This document shows positions 14,442 through 29,076 of a stretch of DNA of 64,000 nt, piece by piece. The translations under genes were made by a program, and so were the position numbers. Source of the stretch: the human T2T-CHM13v2.0 reference genome, Homo sapiens; the NCBI RefSeq assembly GCF_009914755.1, contig NC_060930.1; one strand, given 5' to 3'. The notes beneath the pieces were generated by a model. That model did not search any database. It saw only the letters and a list, made by a program, of their open reading frames with translations, and was not told the DNA's origin. Position 1 is the stretch's first letter. Every line of letters starts with the position of its first letter.

Positions 14442-15336
14442 TCAGTTAGCTATGAAATGTAAGATGACTCAGGAGGTAACCAGGCTGGGCATCCATCAGG
14501 AGCCAAAAGCTCAAGCTGAAATGATGAGATTAGAAAGCCAGTGGGTAGAAAAGAATTGAGAGTCTCCAAGAGAACAGAAATGCCATGAGTGTCCCCATAT
14601 GACCAGCTGCTGAGGGAAGAAGAGATGCCTCCTTTCCCTATGACCCAGATCCCTGTAACAAACCTCATTTCCCATAAGGAAACCTCAGTGTTCTTTGCAG
14701 CCAAAAGGCAACTACCAAATGCATATGAAAAGGAGATGAGGTTTCATACTCTCTTTCAACACAGAAATTCAGATACTTAGTGGACTTAAGTATGGAAAAA
14801 AACTACAGGTAGTAACTGGTCACACGGGTCTCCATGGTTTCTGTTTATTTCTTGCAAAAAAAAGGATAAACTTGGCCAGCTCACAGCAACAAACATGGAA
14901 GTCAAAAGAATGTGCCTTCAGAAAGATCTAGACATCCCTTCCGTTCCTCCTGCCCTAATCCATGCCCAATACCCTGACTCATCCCCACTCTCCTCAAATA
15001 ATGAGAGTTCTTATTCTCTATCCCTTTTTTATCGAAAGAAAATAGAAAAGCCCATTAAATATCAACTGAATAAAACATTTAGAACAAACCATCTCTCTCA
15101 AAATATTCGTATGAAATGAAAGGGTGGGCACAGGACAGAGGGCACCTACAGCAGGGTTCAGGAGAGGATTGTTGTCATACCTGGTCTAGCAACCCCAAAC
15201 CTACAGAGTGATCCATGCTGTTAGTGACTCCCACTGAGACCCACAGCCTACAGGCCTCATCACAGTGACACCACTAGGATGATGACAGAGCTTTCTCAGG
15301 GCTCTTGGACAGAACAGAATCAAGAAGAGGCAGGAG

Positions 15337-15645
15337 GGCCAGGCACAGTGGCTCACGCCTGTAATCCCAGCACTTTGGGAGGCCTAGGCGGGTGGATCAC
15401 CTGAGGTCAGGAGTTCGAGACCAGCCTGGCCAACATGGCAAAACCCCGTCTCTACTGAAAACACAAAAATTAGACGGGTGTGGTGGCGCACGCCTGTAAT
15501 CCCAGCTACTGGGGAAGCTAAGGCAGGAGAATTGCTTCAACCCAGGAGACAGAAATTGCAGTGAGCCGAGATTGCGCCATGCACTGCAGCCTGGTGACAG
15601 AGCGAGACTCCATCTCCAAAACAAAAAAAAAAAGAAGAAGAAAAA
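15337..15645 (+). mobile_element. Alu (AluSx-like)
   Basis: Full dimer; TSD aagaggcaggag on both sides. Confidence 0.95.
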
Positions 15646-16768
15646 GAGGCAGGAGAAAGAAGACAGCCACAGGGCATGGACCTCACAGATTCATGAGCAA
15701 GGAGTAGAGGGAACTATCCCTGTGGCCAGGGACAGCCTTGGCCTCTAGGGTGCTGGGTTCTTTTTCTAATTTGTGAGACAGATGTTTACAGCCAGTGGGG
15801 AATTAAAACAGAAGAGTGAAACAGATAATTTGTTCTGGCAATGAGTCCAATTATCAAAAACGAGTTAAGCCTAACACCCATGCAGTCCAGTAGCAATCAT
15901 GTGCATCATTAAATGCATCAATTGTTACGAGTCTTTATTGCTTCAACACTTGTAGAAGTATGATAAATAATAACAGAACTCAAAATATTAGAAAATTCAT
16001 AAAATATGAAAGCAAGCCCCACTTAGAAGAGACAAGGCAGCACAGTGCAATCGTACAATGCAGAAGTAATAAATGTGCCGTGGACAACAAAGCAAATGTT
16101 CAACAAGTTTCTCTAGGAAGGTGTGGGTGGGGATGGTTCTGATAATCTCTAAATCCTTATATTCGAAAGGCATAAACTTAATTAAAAGTTCTATGAAGAT
16201 AATATAACTTTAATAGGCCCACAAAAATCACAGGTCTCGTCAATGAGAGGAATCAAAAGGCAAATATCACATGTCTGTGAATGAACCTAAGACTTCCCCA
16301 GTTGGACACCGGGTGCAACCTCTAATAATTCAAGAAGAAACTATGGATAGGGTTTTTAAACCACAGTGAAGAAAATGCCTTTACAAAGGACTCTTATGTC
16401 ATGAAATTGAAGAAGAGATTGATCTGGAAAACAATTATCCCCATGGACAGGTTTAAATCCATTTAGTCACTAAATTCTATGAAATTAGAATGAGGAAATA
16501 CGCTTTAGAAGCTAAGGTTAGAAAAAATAAAATTTAAATATTACACAATTGCATTATAAAAACTCATTACCATCCCTTTTTTTCAACAACAAAAAAATAT
16601 ATATATATGATCAGGTAATAATACACTAATTCAGAATGAAGAAACTTTTTAAATGGTATACTACATAGGTTTTTAAAATCCTGTGAAGATTCATGTAAAA
16701 ACACTGAACTAATCAAGACAGCCAGCCATGTTCTTACTTTAATGTTTATCTCAAAAAGATATTTCTCA

Positions 16769-17835
<1,067 letters not shown>

Positions 17836-18334
17836 TTATGCTTGCAGAACCAAGGAATGGGTGAGACATGAACAAGTCAAGAACTGAGATAAGCTTATAA
17901 AGATGATAGTCCTCTTCCATTTGGCATGCTGGGCAGTAGTAGTTCTTAAAGCAGAGGAAGGAAGCATGGAGACAGGAGTGAGTCCAGCTGCCAAAAGAGG
18001 ATCCACCCACATTCTATCTTGCCATAGAGTCAATATTTGCAGACCTCAATGCCCATCAATACCCCCCAAGAAAGGCCTGGTATAGGCAATTGTTACCAGT
18101 TCAAATCATAAATGGTGCTATGGATCAGGATGATATTTCCAAGGTCTTTCAAACTTCAAAGGCCTAAACTTTTACATTATGGTTCATTCTCAAATATGTC
18201 ATTTTTTAAGCATATGGATAATGCCCATGTTTCTTAACACATGACAAAATAATATTCAGAAAAACGCTTCTGAAACAAGGGAGAATATTCTATATCCTGC
18301 AAAACTCAATCCTTTCTTTCCTTTTCTTTACCTA

Positions 18335-18540
18335 GTATTAAGGAAAGTAGCAGCTAGCTACAAACCAGACACTCTTCTATGGGCTTGACAGAGGTCATCC
18401 CACTCAGTTGTCTTAATCAGGTGAGTAATATTATGAAGTTCAATTTATGGGTAGAGAGATAACTCCTCCAAGGTCACACTGCTAATGAATGAGAGAGCTG
18501 GGATATGACCCCAGACAGGTTGGCCCCAGAACCCAGGGTT
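18335..18540 (-). mobile_element. MIR SINE
   Basis: ccaaggtcacactgctaatgaatgagagagctgggatatgaccccagacagg. Confidence 0.65.
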
Positions 18541-19223
18541 TCTGGGTTTATGTCACCCCTGTGTAGTGCCTCTTGTTTCTGCCTACCCAATACCAATGGC
18601 AAGTTGGGTCAACAAGACCTTACATGATGAATGCCATACATTTATTCAGAGAAGGCATAAAAATATCTCACTCATCAGTCCATTCAGTTAGCTAAGGAAT
18701 TAAAAGGCCCAATAAAAAAGGTTACTTGACATTCATATTAAAATATTAGCAAAAAATATGCAAAGCAAACAACCATTTCTCTTAAAATGGGAAGGTAAGA
18801 GAGAACAGTAAGAATAGACAAAACACAATATTCTTCGAAAAAATTCTTTTCAAAACTAAATATTAAGAAGCCTGCTTGAAAAACAAGTAAACAAAGTCTT
18901 ATAAATATAGCTACTCATAAAAAGTGGTTTCCTTTGGAAACATTCAACTGTGTACAAGTCGGCCATGACAACTAATGTTAACATATTTCTTCAAATCCTC
19001 ATGTTTTGAGGAGGAAACATACAAAAGAAAAACAGGATTCTATAAAGGGAGAGGCTCTAACCAGGAGTGGGAGGAATTCCTTAATCTGACATTCAATGAC
19101 TGTTTTCTGATAAAGAGGGATAATGGAATGGAGAAAATTTAGCTAACAAATTACTTCCAAAAATATTAATTCCCTACTATCTCAGCTTTTCAAAAGACCA
19201 AATGGTAATAAAAAAGGACATGG

Positions 19224-19526
19224 AGCCGGGTGCAGTGGCTCATGCCTGTAATCTCGGCACTTTGGGAGGATGAGGTGGGCAGATCATCTGAGGTCAGGAG
19301 TTCGAGACCAGCCTGGTCAACATGGTGAAACCCCGTCTCTACTAAAAATACAAAAATTAGCCAGGGGTGGTGGCACTCGCCTGTAATCCCAGCTGCTTGG
19401 GAGGCTGAAGCAGGAGAATCACTTGAGCCTGGAGACGGAGGTTGCAGTGAGCCCAGATCGTGCCACGGCATTCCAGCCTGGGTGACAGAGTAAGACTCTG
19501 TCTCAAAAAAAAAAAAAAAAAAAAAA
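19224..19526 (+). mobile_element. Alu (AluSx-like)
   Basis: Full dimer with a long A tail. Confidence 0.95.
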
Positions 19527-19553
19527 GACTTGGTATGGCTAGGCTAAAAATCA

Positions 19554-19874
<321 letters not shown>

Positions 19875-20075
19875 TCAATAAATACGCTAAGTCATACACA
19901 TATGTATAAATGGCATTATAAAGACATGAATTCATCTCATGAACTAAATATTGGATTAAATATTTCAAAGAACATATTACTTACAGACAAAATCTTGTGA
20001 TAAGAAAAGTTATACTTCCGTGCTCTCTTCTATAATTTTTAAATGGGTAGGAGGAAATGCAGAATCTAATTTAGC

Positions 20076-20420
20076 TTTTATTTTTTATTTATTTATTTAT
20101 TTTTTGAGACAGGGTCTCACTCCCTCACCCAGGCTGGAGTGCAGTGGCGTGATCTCAGCTCACTGCAATCTCTGCTCCACCAGCCTCAAGTGATCCTCAC
20201 ACTTCAGCCTCCTGAGTAGCTGGGACCACGGGCATGCACTACCATTTCTAGTTTGTTTGTGGTTTCTTGTTTTTTTTTTTTTTTTGTATTTTTGGTAGAG
20301 CTGTGGGGGCGGGGGTCTTTTTTTTGCCCAGGCTGGTCTCTAACTCCTGAGCTCAAGCAATCCACCCACCTCAGCTTCCCAAAGTGCTGAGATGACAGGT
20401 GTGAGCCATCACACCCAGCC
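20076..20420 (-). mobile_element. Alu (AluJ)
   Basis: gagacagggtctcactc, cctcaagtgatcctc and ctcctgagctcaagcaatcc are J-type. Degenerate TSD taatttagcttttt / taatgtagccttttt. Confidence 0.92.
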
Positions 20421-22641
20421 TAATGTAGCCTTTTTAAGAGTTTTGTTTTGTTTTTACTTTTTGGAGAACTTCTTTAAATAGGCATCAACCATCAACCTTG
20501 CACCTTGGAGCAGCTTCCCAGGGCTTAAAACAACACCTGACCAACCCAGCCAAAGCCAAAGCCAAAGTCCAGTTCACCGCCCCGAAACCACTATCACCAT
20601 TCTTAGGTGGTCACCGAGGACCCCATCCCACCTTCAAATCCTCCTTCCTTCTATCCATCCCCTCCCCCATAGCAATTACAGTATCTCAATCCTTTCAGGC
20701 TAAACAGGGTATCTCCCAAAACAACAACAAGTTTATCTGATTCGTTAGCCCTTAAGGGTAAAAGCCATTGAAAACTAGCCCTACTCCCTCCTTCCTCCCT
20801 GCCCTCAAACCAGGCTCCCATCTTCTCCGGTCAATATCAGGAACGATCCCTAGAACTAATTCAGTGGTGGGAAGTTGGGTCTGGTATGGGCAGGCTACGT
20901 GACAGCCAGCAAAGGAGCTCACCTGGAGCTGTGGCCCCACACAGGGCACTTGCCGTGTGGGCAGCTGCCCACCCTGCCACCTTAGTGCCTCTTGGTTCTG
21001 CTTCAGCCTAGGCAGAGAATGATCTGATCCTCTCTTATTCTCTCAACCCACTCAAGTATGGGCCACCCACACTGCAAACACAGAATAATGAGTCTCCAGA
21101 ACTGGAGATGCAGCCCCAGACAAAGGCCTAGAACTCCAGACCTTCCAAAAACTTAACTAATCCCTGGGGTTTGAGTCCTACGTGAAAATGAGAGGTTAGG
21201 ACTCAGTCCTTAAGGTCCTTTCCATTCTCACAATCAAGATCCAAGATTCAGCTCAGGTCCTCAGGCCATTCAGCCTAAAGTCGGAGAATGTCCTGAGCTT
21301 GTATAATTTTGGCAATTTTGACTGACATGTGGAATCCAAGTTATGGCTGGGTATGGGGTTGGTGTTGCAGGCTGCTTTACTGCTTAATGATTACTAATAC
21401 ATTACAGAAAAATGGATGAAAACACTTCAAGATCTCTTGATTTAATGATTTAACATTAAGTCATTTAAAATGATGGAAAATGAAATGGTAACACAGCTAA
21501 GGCACAAGCACCAAATCTTTTTTATCTTTGGAAATGAATTCATTCAATGAAATACATACTGTGGATGCTATGTGAGAAACAGTTCCCGTCAGCTGGGAGT
21601 CTAACACTGAGTATTACAGCCATTCCTTTGATTTTTCTCCCTCCCTCATATTTGGAGATTTTAAAACAAATGAAAGGCAGCATTATTTCAGCTTAAGGCA
21701 CAGGCATAAGTCACATAAGAACAAAGAAGGTTTTATTATCACATTAAGCATTGAGGAGGAAATGTGCTTACCGATAACTAATTTAGTGTTCTAGGCTATT
21801 AGGTTAGTATTTGCTTCTTGCAATCTTCTAGGCCAATATTTACTATTTATATCTTGATGGAGGTAAAAATGTTCAGCTAGTGAGAAGGTCATTAAGGAGA
21901 GAAAGAAAAAAAAAAGCCCTTGGAAAATGGAACAAAGTACACAGATAGGGAGAAAGGTACCCTTTGCGCCTCAGTGGTCTATAGAACATTTGCCCTCTCT
22001 GCCTATAAAGTGATTTAACATTAACCACATTTCACTCCAGCAGCAGAGTGCTATCTCCTGACAAAAACTCCTTTTTGAAAGCCTGGGGGAAAAAAAATCC
22101 ACATACACAAAAGAATGTGAAACATATTGCCACAGGCCAGTGTCTTGGGCTTTTTGCCTAAGAGGTTTGCTTTCAGCAAAGAGAGGGGGGAAAAAAAACA
22201 CTCTAACAACAACAGCTTGTACAGTACAGTGAACAGCCTCCCTGCTTTTTGGCAGACTTTCCCAGCGAACAGTTCCAGTGGCAGTGCCTTGAGCCCATTC
22301 AAGAATTCCATTTCATAGGAAAGGAAGTGTTTCAGATAGACCTATTTGATCTTTCAGCATGTGCAAATGCACCTGCTAAATAGCTAGTCTGACAGCCCAT
22401 ATAGCCCTCTCCCCAGTTCCTTCTTCTCTGTCTTCACCAGTAATCATATGGGTTATTTCAGACTTGGACTAGGTGAGATGAAAAGTACATAAAAATCACG
22501 CCAAACGTTGCTACTGCTGCTGCACGAGCTCAGGCTCGACGTGCAGATGGAATTCCCTTCTCCCCACGCCAACTTCCCTGTCACTTTCTTCCTGGAGCAG
22601 GTAAGAGGGTTTTGTTTTGTTTTCAGCTTCCGAAGGCTTAC

Positions 22642-22754
22642 CTCGAGGTGGCTTCCTCCCCTGCCTTTGCATGGCTGTTCCCGACGGTCTGGTCCTTGCC
22701 GCTGGGGTGGTAGGCTGTTAGTACCACTCCCTGGGAACTGGAGAGCCAGCTCAT
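22642..22754 (-). CDS. ARHGAP18: Rho GTPase-activating protein 18, first coding exon (113 nt; 37 codons plus 2 nt, phase-2 intron)
   Basis: Manual translation from ATG at 22754 gives MSWLSSSQGVVLTAYHPSGKDQTVGNSHAKAGEEATS, which I recognise as the human ARHGAP18 N-terminus. Kozak context ctcaccATGA; canonical donor GAG|GTAAG at 22642/22641. Confidence 0.96.
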
Positions 22755-22771
22755 GGTGAGAGAAGGGACAT
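22751..22771 (-). promoter_or_regulatory. Upstream ORF ATG TCC CTT CTC TCA CCA TGA (MSLLSP*) overlapping the main start codon
   Basis: Read directly. The uATG is 17 nt upstream of the main ATG, out of frame, with A at -3. Its stop TGA lies within ccATGA. Confidence 0.7.
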
Positions 22772-23000
22772 ACTTTCTGCGATCCTGACACAGAGAAGGG
22801 GAAAGAAGTTCCTGTCTCGCCTGGCAACTCGCTCATTAGCATTGGCCAGCTCCTCCCCGCAGGCTGGCGATTCACACGGGGAGGGGCGGGGTCTGTCCAG
22901 GGAAGGGCTTCCTGCCTCTCCAATTAGAAGCTGCAACTCACAGCATGGTTTCAACTCTGGACAATTGCACTCTGGGCGGCTTTGGTTAAAGGAGGCGAAG
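22755..23000 (-). promoter_or_regulatory. ARHGAP18: ARHGAP18 5'UTR and proximal promoter (no obvious TATA box; GC box and CCAAT boxes)
   Basis: Local GC/CpG enrichment directly upstream of the ATG. GGGGCGGGG at 22883-22891; CCAAT on the minus strand at 22841-22845 and on the plus strand at 22920-22924. The exact TSS cannot be read from sequence. Confidence 0.8.
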
Positions 23001-23469
23001 GGTGGAAGCGACGGGTTGCACCCACCCCCAAGTTAGTCTGATCAGATTAAACTGCCAGAACGTATATTCAACTCATCACTGTAACTACAAGCCGTCTTAC
23101 TTAGGAAACCATGAGTTGCTGCCAAGGCTTTTTTTTTTCCCTCCCCAATTCCTCTATCTTATAATTTCTGCTACTTAATGTAACATGAGTAAAGGCATTT
23201 CTTAACCCCTTCATGTTCAGCGTTAAAATTAGCCATAGTAAAAAACAACGAACCCGCGGCAAAACTCTGCAATCCAGACGACGAGAAAGGCTTGATCCTT
23301 GTGTCCGGTTAAAAATGCCCTCATAAAAATTGTGTGTCCTGGAATGTCGTCGTCTTTCACATAAAGCCAATCTCAAATATACGTCTTGTTTTAGCAAAAT
23401 ATTTTTCAGCACCAAAAAGGGATAGACCTACCAATGCTCTGTTAAGTGTTATTGCTGAGAACAAGAGAA

Positions 23470-23720
23470 GTCCCTGCCATTTGTTGAGCACCTACTATAT
23501 GCCAAGCTCTCATGGACGGGGGTTTCACATGTATTATCTCATTCCATTCAATTCTCTCTCTCTCACACACACACACACACCGTACAAGATAGGTATCACT
23601 ATCATCTGTGTTATACATAACACAAGGAAAGTAAGGCTGAGGGACGAGTTAAGTAACTTCACTAAGATAACACAGTTGCTAGTGCCAGAAGCTGGATTTG
23701 AACAGAATTCTAGGCTACAT
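23470..23720 (-). mobile_element. MIR SINE with internal (CT)n(CA)n
   Basis: ttgagcacctactatatgccaag ... ttaagtaacttcactaagataacacag ... gctggatttgaac. Confidence 0.75.
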
Positions 23721-23846
23721 TCCTTTTATTTTTCACCAGTATGCTCTTCTTTGTTTTGCAGATTAAGAAACAAGATCAAAATTATCATAAACACAAAAGA
23801 CAGCTCTGTTCTTTCTCCCCATCTCCCCTCCAAAAAAAAAAATCAC

Positions 23847-24145
23847 TTTTTTGGTTTGTTTTTGAATCAGGGTCTCACTCTGTCACCCAGGCTGGAGTAC
23901 AGTGGTGATTGTAACTCACTGCAGCCTCAACCTCCCAGGCTCAAGAAATCCTCCAGCCTCAGCCTCCCCAATAGCTAAGACCACAGGCATGCACTACCAC
24001 GCCCAGCTAATTTTTTTATGCTTTGTGGAGAGGGAGGGTCTCACTGTGTTGCCCAGGCTGGTCTTGAACTCCTGGGCTCAAGCAATCCTCTTGGCTCAAG
24101 CTCCCAAAGTATTGAGATTACAGGCATGAGCCACCACGCCTGGCT
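23847..24145 (-). mobile_element. Alu (AluJ)
   Basis: cagggtctcactctgtcacccaggctgg, cactgcagcctcaacctcccaggctcaag, ctcctgggctcaagcaatcctc. Confidence 0.92.
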
Positions 24146-24822
24146 TCTACTCTGACATACCCAGTAGTCTGAAGGTTTTTTTAGATTTTTATGATTCATT
24201 CAACTCTCTAGAATTCCTCTTGAACAAGTTTCCAATTCCATCATTACATAAACTTATTGCTTATACCTTATCATTATTTAAAACAGTCATGAAAAATAAT
24301 TTCTTCCTCCTTACATACTCTAGAAGTATCTGAAATTTATTTTTGAACCCTCTTTCTTATAATTTACAAAAGTCTTCCTTAAAAGGAATTTATATCTTCC
24401 TCCCTCCCCCCTGCACAACTGCTCAACCTTCCCATTTCCACTTCCATAGGACTTTACTTGCTGTCTCCTTTTTATCCCCATGACCTCAACCACCTCTGGA
24501 TCCTATAATGCAGTCTTAGCTCCAATATTACAACAGCCCTTTTAGCTCATCTCCCTGTCACCTCCTTTAAATTGCTTTGACATTATGATCACACCCTGGC
24601 ACTCATGATCCCTCTCCTCGCTTAAAAACCTTCATTGGCTCTCTATTGCTAACAGAGCCAGTTCCAGGCTTTTGAGCAGATCACTGGGCATTCCTGCTAC
24701 CTTATACATACAAGTCTTTCCATCTGCTAGACACAATCTTTTCAGGTCCTACTATGATTCTTTTCTCTTCATCTGACAGCTAACTTAAATTTTGTACCTA
24801 CTGAGCCTTCAGTAAACACTGA

Positions 24823-25208
<386 letters not shown>

Positions 25209-26126
25209 TAAGCGGTTCCCATGCACATACCAGTGCTAACCTATGAGGAAATGTTCATCAGTTCAGGCAAAACAAAAACTATAAAGAGAGGGAGGCAAAG
25301 ATTAAAGTAAATTAGAATATATGTGTTTTGTCTTTTCAATGTCCTTACATGGAAAAAATGTTAATAACCAGCTCATCCACCCCTCCTTTTTTATGTAGCT
25401 ACTCTGAAATGCAAACATATGGGAATCACTATCTTATACAATTATTGATGGTAATCACTACATTATCTTTTGGAAATTCTTTTCTGTTTCCCTCCCACCT
25501 TTTTCTCCCCCCTTACTTCCCTCTACCTCCCTTTTTATTATCTTCCTTTTTTTTCTAGTTTTCCTTCTTCCTTTGCTATGTCTTTAGCCTGTCAATGTCA
25601 TCCATGCCCATTGGCAGCCACGGGCACTGCATCTCTCATGTGACAGTTTGCGATGAAGATTTTGTCCAGTTATAGCCAAAACAATTATTTAGTTATATTT
25701 TTGCCTAATTATGGTCTTTTCACTTGTTTAATAACAAATCACAATGTACAGGTTGAAATGTAATTGTTTTACAATGTCAAAATAATATTTGGGTTTGCAA
25801 TATCCACCGTTTTTAATTTCTGTGAGGCAGAAAACCAAATGTGATACAAATTGATTTACATAGCTTAGTACATAAAATTTGAATCCTTCTAATTTAGCTC
25901 TCAAATACCTGAAAATCCTCTGAGCTTTTTCTCCTTTCCTCCCACCAAGCCCTGTTGCTACTGGTCGAAGGGTATTACCTATCACAGGCAGAGAGCTGGT
26001 AGGACTGTGGCCTGGTGTTCATAGCCTCAGATACATGCTCAAGTAGATTAAAAACAGTTTTCAGAATTTTCCCATGTCATCAAAGAAGCAAACCTAACTA
26101 CCAGTGTGGTCTCTTAAAAAGCTGTT

Positions 26127-26451
<325 letters not shown>

Positions 26452-27639
26452 TTATTTCACACTGTAAACTGTACTAAGGTTTAGCTCATGTCCATCCCTT
26501 ATACCATTATCGCTCTTTTGCAGAGACAAATATTATGAAAAAAAACAAAACACTTTTTTACTCCTTTCCGCAACCATTTTAAACACACACTGAGAACCTC
26601 ATGACCTTGAAGATGTTAATATTCCCAGCTATTGAGTGCGTGCCAAACACTTTCCTGTTATGAAACATCTTAAAAAGTAATTAACAACATCAAGACAGTT
26701 TAAACATTCATTTCATTCATTCTGTTTAAATGAGGTGTACTAGATGACACAGGAAAGGAAAAGGAAGCGGTAATTTATGTACCCAAATAGGTTGTTAAAA
26801 ATAGGGTGAAGATGGTACTGCAGTCTCTGACAATTTGACACCCATGTTCAAAAACAATGAAAAAATTTTTCTTCAGTTCAGTGCTAGTGGTAGCAAAGAG
26901 TTTATTAGCTGGTTTTTATATGTTGATTTAGGAGCCTATTTAGTATTAGAAGGAATTGTATTAGAAGAGTGCCATGCAATGGAATCAGCATATAATTTAT
27001 CAAATTTTTCCTGAATTGGTCTAGTTCTCTTAAAAAAAAAAAAAGAATTAAAGGAGAATATGTACACACAATCTCTATATGATGATGAAAATCTACATAG
27101 GGACAAAAGCCATGTGAAAATGACCTTCCAAATGGTAAAATTAAACCCAATTTTCAATATTATAACAAGAACTTGAATAAATTAATCAACTGTGAAGTTA
27201 AAGTTTTACATAGGTGATAAAGGCTAGACATATGAAGCAGGATTGACTAATGAAGAGGAAGAGTTCTTAACATCCCTTACCTCACGTTTTATCAGGACCT
27301 CGTAGGAATAGTTCTTGTCAGCTTACAAAGTTAGCTACCTCTGTGCTAGGGTACTATGACTGAAAATTATTCCATATACAGAATCTCAAACTATTTCCTT
27401 GGGAATTACACTCATTGTTATTAATTCTGTCTCTGGAACAACAAGAAATAACCCTTTTCCCTTTCTCTGGACAGCTCTAAAAATGTCTACGTTATTCTCA
27501 AAGTTATTTTCTTAACTGCTCCTCCTGGGAGAAAATACTAGCCATGCTTGGGATAATTTGTAACTGCTATTGCCAGAGGCTAATTTAGGCTTTTCGGCAA
27601 TCATTTAGAAAAGATGTTTCTTACAAATAGTTTATTACC

Positions 27640-27855
27640 AATAAATAACAATAGCTAATATTGAGTCCTTACTCTTCGCTAGACATGGTATACATGGTCT
27701 ATCATTTAATCATCACAATCACCACCAGGGATAGAAATTGGAATTACGCTCACTTTAGAGATGAGGAATATGAGGTCATCCAGTTAGTAGGTGGCAGAAC
27801 CAGGACATGTAAACCTGGGTTTATGTGACCTTGGAGCCTGAGCTCTTAAGCATTA
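27640..27855 (-). mobile_element. MIR SINE
   Basis: aatagctaatattgag ... catttaatcatcacaatc ... ttagagatgaggaa ... gtaggtggcagaaccagga. Confidence 0.75.
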
Positions 27856-28666
27856 TAAAGGTTACAGCAGTCCTAGAATTGACATCATTTTATTTCTGAA
27901 AAGAATCATATGAATAACAAAGTTAAATAATCTACAGCAAACCTAAGGTCCTTAATCAAATGGAATATTGATATAAATACAATGCTATGGAGATTTACAC
28001 TCAATTCTTTTCTGGTACTTTGAAACTTGTTTTTTTATGTCAAATTATTGGGGTAGTGTGGCATAATATATACACTAGTCTAAAAGGTCATCATCATTGT
28101 GCCATCATATCTAAAATTGTTTCCACTGATAGAAGTGAAAAAAAGTACTCTGATCACTATGATTATGAATTTTTTTTTCTTAAAAAAGCAGATTCGATGT
28201 GCGGAACCCAAAGCTTATAGAATTTGTTAGCTATGGAGCCTTGGATGAGGCCTTATGCAAGAGCCAGACTCTGAAGATTCAATCTCATTTAACTTCATGA
28301 GAAATCTGCCCTTCATATCAAAACTAGCCTAAGCTGGAAATTATCCAAGAAAAAGTGCCATGACCCTAAATTTTCTTTTGGTTTTCTCTTCATTGACAAC
28401 TAGAATGGAGATACATGTTGCAAACACTTGCAACTGGAATGATGAAGTATATTCTGGAGGCTAATACGTACTGGAAAAGTAGAATTTTGTTTATGAATAT
28501 AAGGTTCAATTTTAAAAGTCTACAATTGTATCAATATTAGATTTGTCAAATACAAAAATCCTTGTCCTGCAGTGGATTACAAATGATGCTTATCCCCTTG
28601 TTATGTAAAAGCAGCCACTGTGAGTGGGGAAGAATGGTGAAGCTGCAGATCTAAGGAAAGGGATGA

Positions 28667-29076
<410 letters not shown>

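Noticed and set aside
22601-22626. Plus-strand GTAAGA...ttttgttttcAG mini-intron
   Set aside because: Only 26 nt, well below the minimum size of a human spliceosomal intron.
22453-22923. 156-aa minus-strand ORF across the ARHGAP18 first exon
   Set aside because: Different frame from the recognised ARHGAP18 peptide, and it reads through the donor. Its ATGs at 22842 and 22836 sit in or beside the CCAAT box, probably upstream of the TSS.
23334-23978. Longest ORF in the track (214 aa, plus strand)
   Set aside because: No ATG at its start. It runs through a MIR, a (CT)n(CA)n tract and an antisense AluJ, and has no recognisable domain.
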